Shown here: positions 23,318 through 42,500 of the stretch, piece after piece
Position numbering within the stretch: the stretch's first letter is position 1
Layout: every line of letters starts with the position of its first letter
Source of the DNA: Scenedesmus sp. PABB004
Lineage: Eukaryota
NCBI GenBank assembly: GCA_014905635.1
Contig: JABVCE010000029.1
Coordinates: forward strand, 186,001 to 250,000
Length of the DNA stretch: 64,000 nucleotides
Direction of reading: 5' to 3'
The notes under the pieces: model-generated
The model's input: the letters and a program-made list of their open reading frames with translations, nothing else
Databases searched by the model: none
Told to the model about the DNA's origin: nothing
Translations under genes and position numbers: made by a program

Positions 23318-26300
23318 ATGGCCCGGCGCTGGCTGGCCGCGGCGCAGCTCCTGCTGCTGGTCCTGGCCGCCTCGGCGCGCTCGCACAGCGGTGAGCGCGG
23401 CGGCCGCTCGCTTCCCTGCTGCTGAGCGCCGGGGCAGGCCTGGGGCTGAGCGGCACTGCCGCCGCTGCCGCAGGCGCCGCCGCAGGCCGCCGCACGCTGC
23501 TGCAGCAACGGAGCTGCCCGGAGGGCTGCGCGACAACGCCCGGCGCGTGCGTTCCCGACGGCTCATCGGGCAGCTTTGTCTGCCTTCAGTGCGTCGACAA
23601 CCGCGTCCCGGCGGCGGACGGCAGCTGCGGTGGGTGCCGCGGCGCGCCGGCGCGCTGCGCCCCCCCCCCCCCCAGAAAAGAGCGGCTGCAGCGAGCCCGC
23701 CCCCCGCCGCCCCCGCCTGGCAGGCTGCTCGCCGGGCCGCGTCCTCAACGCCAGCACGCGGCGCTGCGACCTCTGCGCCACCGGCAGCTGGTGCCCCGGC
23801 GGCGGCGAGGTCCAGGCCGCGTCGTCGACGGCGTGCGCCGCCGGGCTGACCACGCGCGCGCCCGGGGCCTCGTCGCGCGCCGACTGCGGTGAGCCCGCAG
23901 CCGGCGCTGGGCAGCGCGCATGGCGCCGGTCAGCGCCCGCGCGCGCGGCTCACCGCGCACGCCGCCCCCGCACGCAGTCAACGCGCCCGGCTACAGCTTT
24001 GGCCTGGACGCCAGCGGCGCGCCCAGCGCGACGCCCTGCCCCGCGCACTCGTACTCGGTCGGCTACCTGCGCCAGCCGCGCTGCACGCCGTGCGCCAGGG
24101 GCCTGCGCACAAATAACACGGGCGCCGACGCCACGCGCACCTCTGTGGCGGTGTGCCGTGAGTCGCCGCTGGCTGCGAGACGCGCGCGCGCGCGCGCGCC
24201 GGCCGAGCAGGGAGGCGCAGCAGCCTGCCAAGTGGCTGCTGCGCCTCCCTGCCAAGTGCAGCGGTCGCCGGCCCAGCCCTGCTGCAGCCACAACGGCTGA
24301 CGCGAATGCGCTGCCGCCGCGCCGCAGTGGTGCCGCCCGGCTGGCGCTGGGGCGCCGGCGCGGCCGCCCGCTGCGCGCGCGGCACGTTCCGTTCGGGATG
24401 GGCGGTGCCGAGCTTGGATGCTGCCACCTGCGCGTCGTGCCCCACCGGCACCACGACTAACGGCACCGCCAGCACCAACTGCACAGGTGAGGGGCGCGCC
24501 GTGGGGCGCAGCTGGTGCTCGGCTGCGCTGTCGGCGTGCCGCCACCGCCACCAGCGCGGGCGCGAGCACTCCACTCCCTCGGCTGACGGCGCCGGCCTGG
24601 TGCACTCGCAGCTGTCGCGGCGGGCTTCTATTGGCAGGACGCCGCCACCGTGGCGCCGTGCCCGCCAGACAGCTTCTGCCCCGGCTCCACGCTGGATCCG
24701 GCGGCCGGCGTGGGCAGCATCGCGTGCAGCAGCATCCGCGCCGGGCTGCGGACGCAGGCAACGGGGACGAGCACGTCCGACGGCTGCCGTGAGTGGCGGC
24801 GCGCCGACGGCAGGGCGCGTGGGGCGCCGGTGCTGGCGGCGGGGGCGCGTGCGCCAGGGCGGCTTGAGACGCCGCCCTGCCTGCCCTCCCGCTCACTGTC
24901 ACACGCGCAGTGATTCCGCCGGGCTACTACGGCGTGGCCGGCGGGGGCGTGAGCAAGTGCAGCAATAACGTTGGCGGCCAGGGCTTTTACCAGCCAAGCT
25001 GGCTGCCCGGCAACTCCAGCGACGCGTGCCAGGCGTGCGGCGCGGGCATTCTTTCGGCGGACAGGGAATCCAGCGCGGTGCCCGGCGATACGACGCCTGT
25101 GCCGCGCACTTCGGCGTCCTGCTGTGAGTGCACGCACACGCAAGCACGCTGCTGCGGCCAGGGCTGCTGCTGCTGCGCACGTCGCCTCATGCCCGCCCGC
25201 CTGCCGGCCGCGCAGACATCACGGGCGGGCAGAGCGTCGTGCTGTCGAGCGTGCTCGAGGCGGCAATGCTCATCAACCCCACGCCCCCCGTCCGGGCGGC
25301 GACCTGCAACGGCAGCACCCAGTACAGCACGGTGGGTTCAAATACCAGGCAGTATGGCCTCAACCTCACGCGCTGCGGCGAGTGCACGCGCGGCACACTC
25401 GTGCCCGCTCCCAACGCCACCGGCAACATCGGGCTCGCGTCGTGCAGCAGCGTGACGGCCGGCTTTGGCTACGACCCGGCCGCCAGCTCGCTCATCACGG
25501 CGGTGGCCAGCACCAAGCCCTGCCCAGGTGCGGCTGGCAGGCGGCGGGCGGCGGGCAGTGAGTGGCAGATCGGTTTGGCGTGCGCGCGTGTGACGCAGCT
25601 CTCTCGTTTGTGTGTGCACGCGTCACACCCGCCGCACCGCCTGCGCGCCTTGCCCCGCAGCCAACAGCAATAATCCCAACGCGACGCTGCCAATCACCGT
25701 TGGCGGCACCAGCTGCACGTGCGTCGCCGGTACGGGCAACTACTCGTTCGCGGCCGGCTGCTCCGCGTGCACGGACGGCACCTTCAGCACCGGCGGCAGC
25801 ACGGCGGCATGCACGTCGTGCGGGTCCAACGCCGGCAGCAGCTCGCTGCCGCGCACGTCGTCGGCCAACTGCACCTGCAACGCCGGCTACGCCACCTACG
25901 CCTCACCCAGCAGCGGCTGCACACAGTGCACCACGGGCTTCGGCCGTATTAGCGCCGTCGGTGCCAGCCCCATCAACTGCACCGCGTGCACCGGCTCCCG
26001 GACCACCGCCGGGCCCGGCACGAACGACACCTCGTTTTGCTGTGAGCGCGCGTGCTGGCCCGCCCGTCCTGCGTAGTGCCGCCGCGCCCTGGCGGCGCGC
26101 TGGCCGCGCCCTGGCCGCGCCCTGGCCGCGCCCTGGCCGCGCCCTGGCCGCGCCCTGGCCGCGCCCTGGCCGCGCCCTGACCGCGCCGCCACGCGCTCGT
26201 GCTCGCGCAGGGTGCCCCGCCGGCACGGGCGCGCTGTCGGCGAGCGACACCTGCACCGACTGCGCCATCGGCAGCTGGGGCGCGTTTGACGCCACCGACC

Positions 26301-28305
26301 CCTGCCAGCAGTGTGTGGTGCCGTTGGTGCCGTCAGTGTCGTTTGGCTCCGTTGGCTCCGTCGCGCTCGTCACGACCGCGGCGACGAGGTCGACCGCGAG
26401 CAGCGACTGCGTGCGCGGCGTGCTGTCGAGCCCGACCGGCATGACGGTCACCACCTCCAGCGCCGCCACGGTGCAGGCGTGTGCGGACGCGTGCGCGGGC
26501 AGCGCCGCGTGCGCGTACATCACCTACACCCTGGCGGCGGGCGCGTCCAGCCCGGAGCAGAGCGCGTCAGCCGTGACCAGCTGCCGCCTGCACAGCGTCA
26601 ACACGATTGTTGACGACACGTGCGTGCGCGCGCGTGTGGCCGGCCCGCGGCCGGCTGGTCAGCCGGCGCTGCTGGAGCCCTGCGCGCGCCGCCGACGCAC
26701 ACCGCCGGCGCGCGCGTCCTGCCCCCGCGCTCCCCCCCCCCCCCCCCCCTCCAACGCAGGTTCCGGGTGGCGTACAAGCTCGCCAGCAGCACCACCTACT
26801 CGTGGTGGCGCCACGTCGCAAGCCTTGACGCCGCCAGCATCGGCGGCGTCGCGCTGGCAACGTCCAGCGCCAGCACCGTGGCGCAGTGCCTCTCCGACTG
26901 CAGCGCCCAGTCAGCGTGCGCGGCGGTGCTGCTGAACAGCGCAATCTGGACCACGCCCACGGCCGTCACCTGCACCCTGGTCAGGGGCCAGGCGGCCAAT
27001 GCGACGCTGCCTGCGGACCGCACGCTGCTCGCAAACCTGGGGGCGTCGGCGTCCAACGTCACCACCCCGCTGCCGCCGTTAGGTGCGCGTGGCCGTCTGG
27101 CTGGGGGTTATGGGGGCTGCACGCGCCGGCGCAGCCCGCCGCCGTCGGCGCCAGCACGCGCGCACGCCGCGGCTGCGCCTGCGCCTGCGCCTGCTGCGCC
27201 GCCCCTGACGCGGCCGTGCGGCGCGCGACCCGCAGTGCCAAGCTGCGCGCTGGGCAGCTACCTCAACGGCACCGCGTGCTCGACCTGCCCGAGTGGCAAG
27301 ACCACCTTGACCACCAACGCCACCAGCGTGACCAGCTGCGGTGAGCGGGCGCCTTGCTCGTCCGCGGCCGGCCGGCCGCACGGCCGCGCCGCGCTGCCGC
27401 GCCTGGCCAGTCCCCCTCCGCCCTGGCCCCTCGTCTCCAGCCTCGGCTGAGCCCCGCCGCCCGCGCCCGCCCGCCCGCAGTGTGCCCCACGGGGTCGTTC
27501 GGCACCGCCGGCGCGACCGGCACCTGCACGCAGTGCCCGCTGACCGTGGTGTCGACCCAAGCCGGCAACTCGGCCGTCGCGGTGGTGATCCCGGCCGCCG
27601 CGGGCTCCAACACCCTCGCGTCGGCGTGCCGCGGCAGGTGGGTCACCCCCGTCACGCCTGCAGGCGCGTTCACGGTGACCACCGTGAACACGACCGTGGT
27701 GTCGAATTGGCCAAACAACCCAAAGTTGGACGACTGCATTAACGCCTGCGCCAACACGGCAAGCTGCCAGTACTTTACCTTTACCATTGAAAAGTTGGTT
27801 GATTATGACGCCTTGGAGGCTGCCAACACGCAAATCCTGCCGACCAGCTGCAACCTCATCAGCCGGGCGGCCCCCAATGTCACCGGGTGCGTCGCGCGGC
27901 AGCGGCGCTCTGCTGCGCTCAGCACGCAGTGCGGCGGGTGCGCCCGGCACGACCCGCGCTCACGCGCGCCGGCCGCCCCGCAGGTTCCGCATCGCCTACA
28001 AGCGCTCGTCGACGGCCGGCGACTACTCGTGGTGGCGCCACGTCGCGGTCATCAGCGCCGCCAGCATCGGCGGCTCCCTGCTGACGGCGACGCTCCCCCC
28101 CTCGCCAACGGTGCAGCAGTGCATGAACGCCTGCGACGGCCTCATGTCGTGCGGCGCGGTGCTGATCAGCGCGGGCACCGAGACGAGCCTCACGAGCTCC
28201 ACCGTGGTCGCGTGCTCGCTGGTGTCCGGGCAGGCGCTCGCGGCGCCGCAGTTTCGCACGATGGTGCTGCAGCGCACGTCCAACATCAGCTCGCCGAGCG
28301 GGTGA
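23318..28305 (+). CDS. Secreted Cys-rich protein, tandem paralog 3
   Basis: Same signal peptide and exon structure; alternative in-frame ATG at 23291; ends ...RTSNISSPSG* (TGA). Confidence 0.88.
26086..26184 (+). repeat. Intronic 11-bp minisatellite GCCCTGGCCGC, 9 units
   Basis: Two degenerate units, six perfect units (26108-26173) and a final GCCCTGACCGC (26174-26184); same intron as the paralog 2 array. Confidence 0.9.
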
Positions 28306-28947
28306 CGCGGTTTTGCGTGCGCAGGCTTGCGCAAGCACGACGGGACAAGACAAGCGACGAGGAGAACACAACAATAACACTGCAGGCGCGGCCGCGCCTG
28401 CATACACCCCAGCCCCCCCCCCTTACACACATTCACGACATGCACGACACACACGCACGCTTTCCCTCCGTGAGCATCCTGCGCATTTCCATTGTGGTTT
28501 GTTGCTGGCGTGGTCCGAACCCAATTAAACCTGCAATCCCGGGCGGTCCCCGCGTTGGCGCGCGGGAGCGCGTCGCTGCTGTGAGCGGCATGGACTGGAC
28601 GGCGCGTGGACTGGACGGCGGCGTGGACTGGACATGGTTGCGTCCGCGCCCGCCCTGCGCGGCGGGCGCGGTCGGCGAGCTTTTTTGCGCGGTTCAGCGG
28701 CGCGTGTGCCATTGCGGCGGCGTGTGCCGCTCGCTTTTTTGTGACCACGACTAGTCACCCCTCTGCTCCCACGCACACGCACCAGCAGCAGCAACCTCCC
28801 GTTGTTGAGCACAGGGGAGCAGCAGCGCTCGCCGCCGCCGACCAGCCCACCGCTGCCGCAGCACCTGCGCTCCACGCGCGCTGTGCCGGTCGTTCCCGCG
28901 TCAGGACCTCAGCAGCAGTCCCCTAGCCGCGGCGGCAGGCAGCAGCC

Positions 28948-30527
28948 ATGCTGTCGGAGGCGGAGCTCAAGGCCAAGACAGTGAAGGCGCGCGCGGCGGG
29001 CCCCCAGCGCGCGGGCGGCGCGCGCGGGCGCGGCAGGGCGCTCACGGGCGGCGTCCGCGCCGCCCGATGCGCCGCAGGACCTCAAGGAGCTCGCCAAGGA
29101 GCTCGGCGCGCCGGCGACGGGCAAGAAGGACGAGCTCATCGCAGCGGTGCTGGCCGCGCAGGCCGCCGGGGGCGACGCGGGCGGCGTGGACGCGCTGGAG
29201 GAGCTGGAGGAGCCGGGGCCGGGCGCGGGCGACGCCGGCACGGGCGGGGAGGGCGGCGATGATGCTGGCGCGGGCAAGCACGCGGCCATCGTGTTCGCGC
29301 TGGAGGAGAAGAAGGTGCGGAGGCCGAGCGGGCGGAACCCGCACGCCCTGGCGCGCGGGGCGGGCTGCGGCGGCGCCGGCGGCGGGCGCGGCGGGCCGCG
29401 CCGCGCGGAAGCGGCGCGCGCCGCTGCTGCTTCCCGGCGCGCGGGCCCGCGACCCGCTGGCGCCGCACCGCCGCCGCCGCCGCCGCCGCCGCCGACGCCG
29501 GCGCCACAGCCGGAGCTGGAGAAGAAGGCCAACATCGTGGGCGTCAAGGCCCTGAGCGACGCGGAGCGCGCGCAGCTGCGCGCAGCCAAGTGCGCCGCGC
29601 GCCGCGGTGGCCGGCGCTGCTCTCAGCGCGCCGCGCGGCCGCCGGCTGGCCGCCGCAGCGGGCCTGACGCCGCGCGCCGCCCGCCCTGCCCCGCAGGTTT
29701 GGCGCGAGCCTGACGGTCGCCAAGGTGGGGGGGGGGCACGCGCCGCGGAGGGCGCCCGGGCGCGTGCCGCGGCTCCGGTGCGGGCGCGGGCGGCACGCGC
29801 CGGCGCCGACGCGCCGGCGCCGACGCGCCGGCGCGCCGCACGCCTCGCGCGCCCCGCAGGCCTCCGCGCAACCCAGCGGCGCCAAGCCGGCGGCGGCGGC
29901 GGGCGGCGCGCAGACGCTTGAGGAGCAGATCAAGGCGCGGCGCCCGCGGCGCGGCGCGGCGCGGCGGTTGATTGCCGCGGCGGCGGACGCGCCGGCGCAT
30001 CGCCAGCGTCAGCAGCCGCAGCTGCAGCCGCAGCGGCGGCGGCGGCGGCGGCGGCGCAAGCCCACCCGCCGCGCCCGTCCGCTCGCCGGGCGGCAGGTGC
30101 TGGAGCGGGGCCTCAAGTACGGCGTGGCCAAGCCCGAGGACGAGAAGAAGCTCGAGGCGCTGCGCCGCAAGCTGGAGGCGCAGAAGGAGAAGCAGCGCAT
30201 TGCCCTCGACAAGGTGCGCGCGGGCGCGTGTGCCAAGAGGGGGCAGGCGCCGGCCGCGCGCGGCGCGGGCAGAGGGCTGGTCGCGCCCGCCCGGTGCGCG
30301 CGCGTCTGAGGTGCGACGGCGCCGCCGCCCCGGCGGCCGCGCGGCGCGGCGCCAGGTGGAGCTGATGGACCCCGAGAAGCTGGCGGCGCGGGAGAAGAAG
30401 TTTGGCAAGCCCCTGCTCTCCGCCGCGACCGCCAAGAACCCCAAGGCGCGCGGCGGCGCCGGCAGCGCGCCGCGGCCGCGCCGGCGACGGCTCGCAGCGG
30501 CACCGCCGGCGCTCGCGCGCGCGCGCG

Positions 30528-30558
<31 letters not shown>

Positions 30559-30794
30559 GCCCAGGCCTCGCCGCCCGCCAGCGCGCGCAGGACCCCGAGG
30601 CGATGCGCAAGCGCGCCGAGAAGTTTGGCAAGGCCGTCGCGCCGAGCAGCAAGGCGGAGGACGAGGCGCGCAAGAAGGTGCGCGCGCCGCGCGCTGCGCG
30701 CTGCGTGCTGGGCGGCGCGTGCGTGCGGGCAGCGGCGGAGCCCACCCCGCCGCTGCCGCGCGCGCAGGCGCGCCTGGAGCGGTTCAACAAGTGA
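28948..30794 (+). CDS. SAP-domain ribonucleoprotein, Tho1/SARNP(CIP29)/MOS11-like mRNA export factor; 9 exons
   Basis: Spliced N-terminus MLSEAELKAKTVK|DLKELAKELGAPATGKKDELIAAVL is a SAP motif; C-terminal repeated RAAKFG, REKKFG, KRAEKFG, RLERF motifs are typical of the Tho1/MOS11 C-terminal domain. Confidence 0.8.
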
Positions 30795-31274
30795 GCCGGC
30801 GCGCGGGGTGCGCGCGGGGGCAGCTGCGGCGGGCCGGCAGCTGCGGGCGGGCGTGGGGTCGCGCGGGGAGTGTGGAGGGGCGGGGCCGGGCGAACGGGAG
30901 CAGCGCGCCGCGAGCGACGAGGACGAGAACGGCGCTGTTCGAGCGGCGCGAGCAACCGCGCTGCGCCGCCGCGGTTCGGTTCCCCCGCCGCTGCCGGCTG
31001 GCCGGAGAGCGCCTCGCGGCAGCTCCCCACACACCCTCAGCTCCGCAGCTCACCAGACTGGAGGGCCCTCGCAGCTGCTGCTGCTCTCGCGCCTGCGCGC
31101 CCTGCGGTCGCCCGCACCTCGCCCGCGCCTGGGCCGTCCGGTCGACGCGCCGCCCGCATCGGCGATCTCGCGCCGCCCGGGCCGGCCGCGCGCCCGGGGC
31201 GCTCCGCTCGCGCGCGCATCGCGCGCAGCAGCAGCCCGCCAGCGCGCCTCGCGGAGCGCGGTGGGCGGGGCGCC

Positions 31275-39143
<7,869 letters not shown>

Positions 39144-39513
39144 CGCTAGCGCAGCGCCGGGCGGCGGGCGGGCGGGGGGCGCGGGCGCGGGCGCGGCGGG
39201 GGGCGAATGCAGGATGGCGCCTGTGAGAGCGCGTGCGTGCTTGGTCGGCGGCAGTTGGGCCCGGGGGGCCGCGGCGCACCGGCGCGCGCGGTCAACTCTG
39301 CGGCCGCCGCTGCCCCGCGAGCTGCCGCCGGCGCGGGTGCGGTGCCCGCCCGTGCGCCGCGCCCCGTCAGTCCGCGCCGGTGTCTTCGCTCTCCCCCGCC
39401 AGCGCCCGGCCTCCCCGCCCGCACAGCAAGAGGGCGCCCGCTCGCGCAGCGATGCCGCGCGAATAGGGAGGGCTTCCGCGACGCCCGCCGCGCGATTGGT
39501 TGGCCTCGCCGCC

Positions 39514-42500
39514 ATGGCGCTGGACGGCCGGCACCGGTTCGTGATCGGCAAGGTGCGCGGTTGGCCCTACAGGCGTAAGCGGGCTGGCAATCTGCTGCTC
39601 CCGCTGCCCCCCGGCGCCCGGTGGGCCGTCCGTGCGCCGCTCAGCCGCGCCTTCCGCCGCAGGTGGCTGAGAGCTTCGGCCTGGACGCGGCCGTGGTCGA
39701 GAAGAAGGTCGTGTGAGTGCGCGGCGCCGGCGGCGCTGCTGTCGGCGCGCGGCGCCGCGTGCCGCGCCGCCCACGCGCCGCGCCGCCCCGCAGCGCCGAG
39801 AGGGCGCACATAAACGCCTTCCTGGACGGCAGCGGGCATGGCGCGCTGCGATGGAGCTACCAGGTGCGCGGAGGGGCCGGGCGCCAGCTTCGAAGCTGGC
39901 GTCGCGGCACCCACGGCGGCCCGCCCGCGCGCCGCTGGGCCGCAGGTGCCGGAGGAGAAGAACAAGGACGGCGTCTGGGTCCCCAAGGGCACCAAGCCGG
40001 TGCTGGCGCTGAGCCACCAGCAGGCGCGCGGTTCGGGGCAGGGGACGCTATGCTCGTTCTCTCTCTCGCGCGCGGCCGCCCACGTGCTCACGCCACTCGC
40101 GCCGGCGTCGCCGCGCGGCGCAGGCGGAGCGCCTGTCGGGCGGCAAGGTGCTGTTCTTCGTGCGCGTCAACCCGCGGGGCGTGGGCGAGAAGAGCCTGGA
40201 GGCAGACCTCGCGGTCGGCGAGATCCAGGGCTCAGCGCTCGAGGCGTTCAAGGCGCTCGTGGCCGACCTGTACCTCCCGCTGCTGCAGGAGCAGTGCACC
40301 TGGGGCAAGATGGCGCCCGAGCACGCGCAGGGCTTCCTCGCGGGTGCGCGGGGATGGGGGGCGCGCGCAGAGGCGGCGGCAGCGGTGACGCTCGGCGCAG
40401 TGCGCCGCGCTCGCCCGTGGCGCCAGCCGCCCCCACTCTGCGCGCGCCCCCGCCGTCGCCGCGGGGCAGGCGCCAACAAGGTCGCGAGCGTGCTGCTGGA
40501 CGCCTCCAGCTGCCTGCAGGGCGGCGTGGAGCTGCGCATGCCGGACGAGGCGACGGCAGCCGCGTACGAGCTCAAGCCGGCGTCGTTCAACCAGGCGGCC
40601 AACGAGCCGGTCGTGGCGAAGCAGGTTGAGGAGTGCCTCGCAGACTGGTGCAGCCAGGTGAGGCCGGAGGTGTGGGGTGGGCAAGCAGGGCCGCAGCAGC
40701 CGCCGCTACTAGCTGCGACCGCCGAACGCCGCCGCCGCCGCCGCCGCCACGTCGGCGCAGGTCGAGGCGCTGCTGCGCGAGGCGGAGCCGGTGCCGCCGG
40801 CCGCCGGCGACGAGGAGCCCGGCCCCGCGAGCGAGGTGGAGCACTGGCGGCGCCAGCTGGAGCGGCTCAACTCGCTCACAGAGCAGCTCAAGCGCCGCGA
40901 GGCGCGGCTCGTGCTCGGCGTCGCGGCGGCGCTGCACTCGCCGGTGCGCGGCGGCGCGCGGCCTCGGACCAGATCCAGCGGCGCGCCGCGCAGAGCCCCG
41001 GCAGCGGCCCACCCGCCCGCGCGCGCGCGGCGCAGGCGTACAAGCGCTGGAAGGGCGTGGAGCTGAGGCTAGGCGACGCGTGCAGCGAGGCGAGCGACAA
41101 CGTGCGCTACCTCAGCGCGCTGGAGCGCGCGTTCGAGGTGCGCACCGCGCGCGAGGTGCTGGCCGCCGCCGCTCTGCCGCCCACGCCGCCGCGCCGCGCC
41201 CCCGCCCCGCTGCCGCCTCGTGCGCCGCAGCCGCTGTACAGCGGCAGCCCGCAGGCGATGCTGGAGGGGCTGCGGGGGCTGCTGGGCGCGGTGATGACGC
41301 TCTTTCGAATCGCCCGCTACTACGGCACGCCGGCGCGCATGACGGGCCTCTTCTCCAAGATCACGGCGCAGATGATGCGGCGCTGCCGTGCGGCGATCCT
41401 CGCGCCCGGCAAGCTCTGGGACCAGGACAAGGCGACGCTGGTGGCCAACATGCTGGTGCGGCGCGCGCGCGAGGGAGCCTGCGCCGGGCGGGGGCGGCCT
41501 GGGTGACGGGCCCCGGCGCCGCCGCCCGCCGCTGGCTCACGCCGCGCCGCGCCCGCGCCAGGTGTGCGTGTCGCTGTGCGAGGCGTACAAGGCGCAGTAC
41601 GCCGCCGAGCGCGACGCGCTGCGGGCAGACAACCCGGACAAGGCGCGTGCCACGCGCGGGGCCGGGGGGGCGGGGCCAGCTTGCGACGCGCGCGTGCACT
41701 GCCCCGCCCCGCCCCACCGCGCGGCCGGCCCCGGCACCCCCTGAACCGCCCGCGCGGCCGCCGCGCCGCCTCCCCCCGACCCGCCTGCGCAGCCGTTTGA
41801 GATGGACGAGCGCGCGGTGTTCCTCAAGTTTGAGCTCTTTGCCAAGCGCCTGGTGAAGCTCATCGACATGTTCACCACCATCCACCAGTTCAGCAGCCTC
41901 GAGCAGCACACGCACATCGCGGGTGCGCACGCGCGGCGCCACTGCGCCGCCCTCCGTCGCACACACGCGCGCCCCATCACCAACCAACCTCCCCTGCGCA
42001 CCCGCACCCGCACCCGCACCCGCAACCCCGGGCCACAGGCCTGGAGGGCGTGCTGCGGTCGCTGGCGGCGGTGATTGACGACGTCAAGCGCAAGCCCTAC
42101 GACCTGCTCGACTACACGCGCAACGCGTTTGACCGCGACCACCTCGAGTTCAACGTCAACGTCCACGACCTCGAGATCAGCCTCCAGGTGGGGGCCGGGT
42201 GGGCGGCGGCCCGCGCATGCACGCTGGTGTGCTCGCGCAGACACTACCGCGCCTGCCGCGCTGCCGCGTCGGCCGCTCTGAGCGCCTCGCCGCGCCGCGC
42301 CGCACCGCGCCGCAGTCGTTCATCAACGAGTCGTTCCAGAACATCACGAGCACCGAGCAGGCGCTCGGCCTGCTCGCGCAGTTCCACGCCATCCTGCACC
42401 GCGACGCGCTCAAGCAGGAGCTCGACTCCAAGTACCAGGCGCGCGCGGCGGGGTGGCGGCGCGGCAGAGGCGTGCAGGGCGGCGCACGCCGCTCGGCGCC

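Noticed and set aside
20011..26184. CRISPR-like array
   Set aside because: Repeats are contiguous 11-mers without spacers, in eukaryotic introns, with no cas genes.
10936..28305. Calling the Cys-rich genes receptor kinases or mastigoneme proteins
   Set aside because: No transmembrane, kinase or long poly-Pro segment is present; Cys-repeat similarity alone is insufficient.
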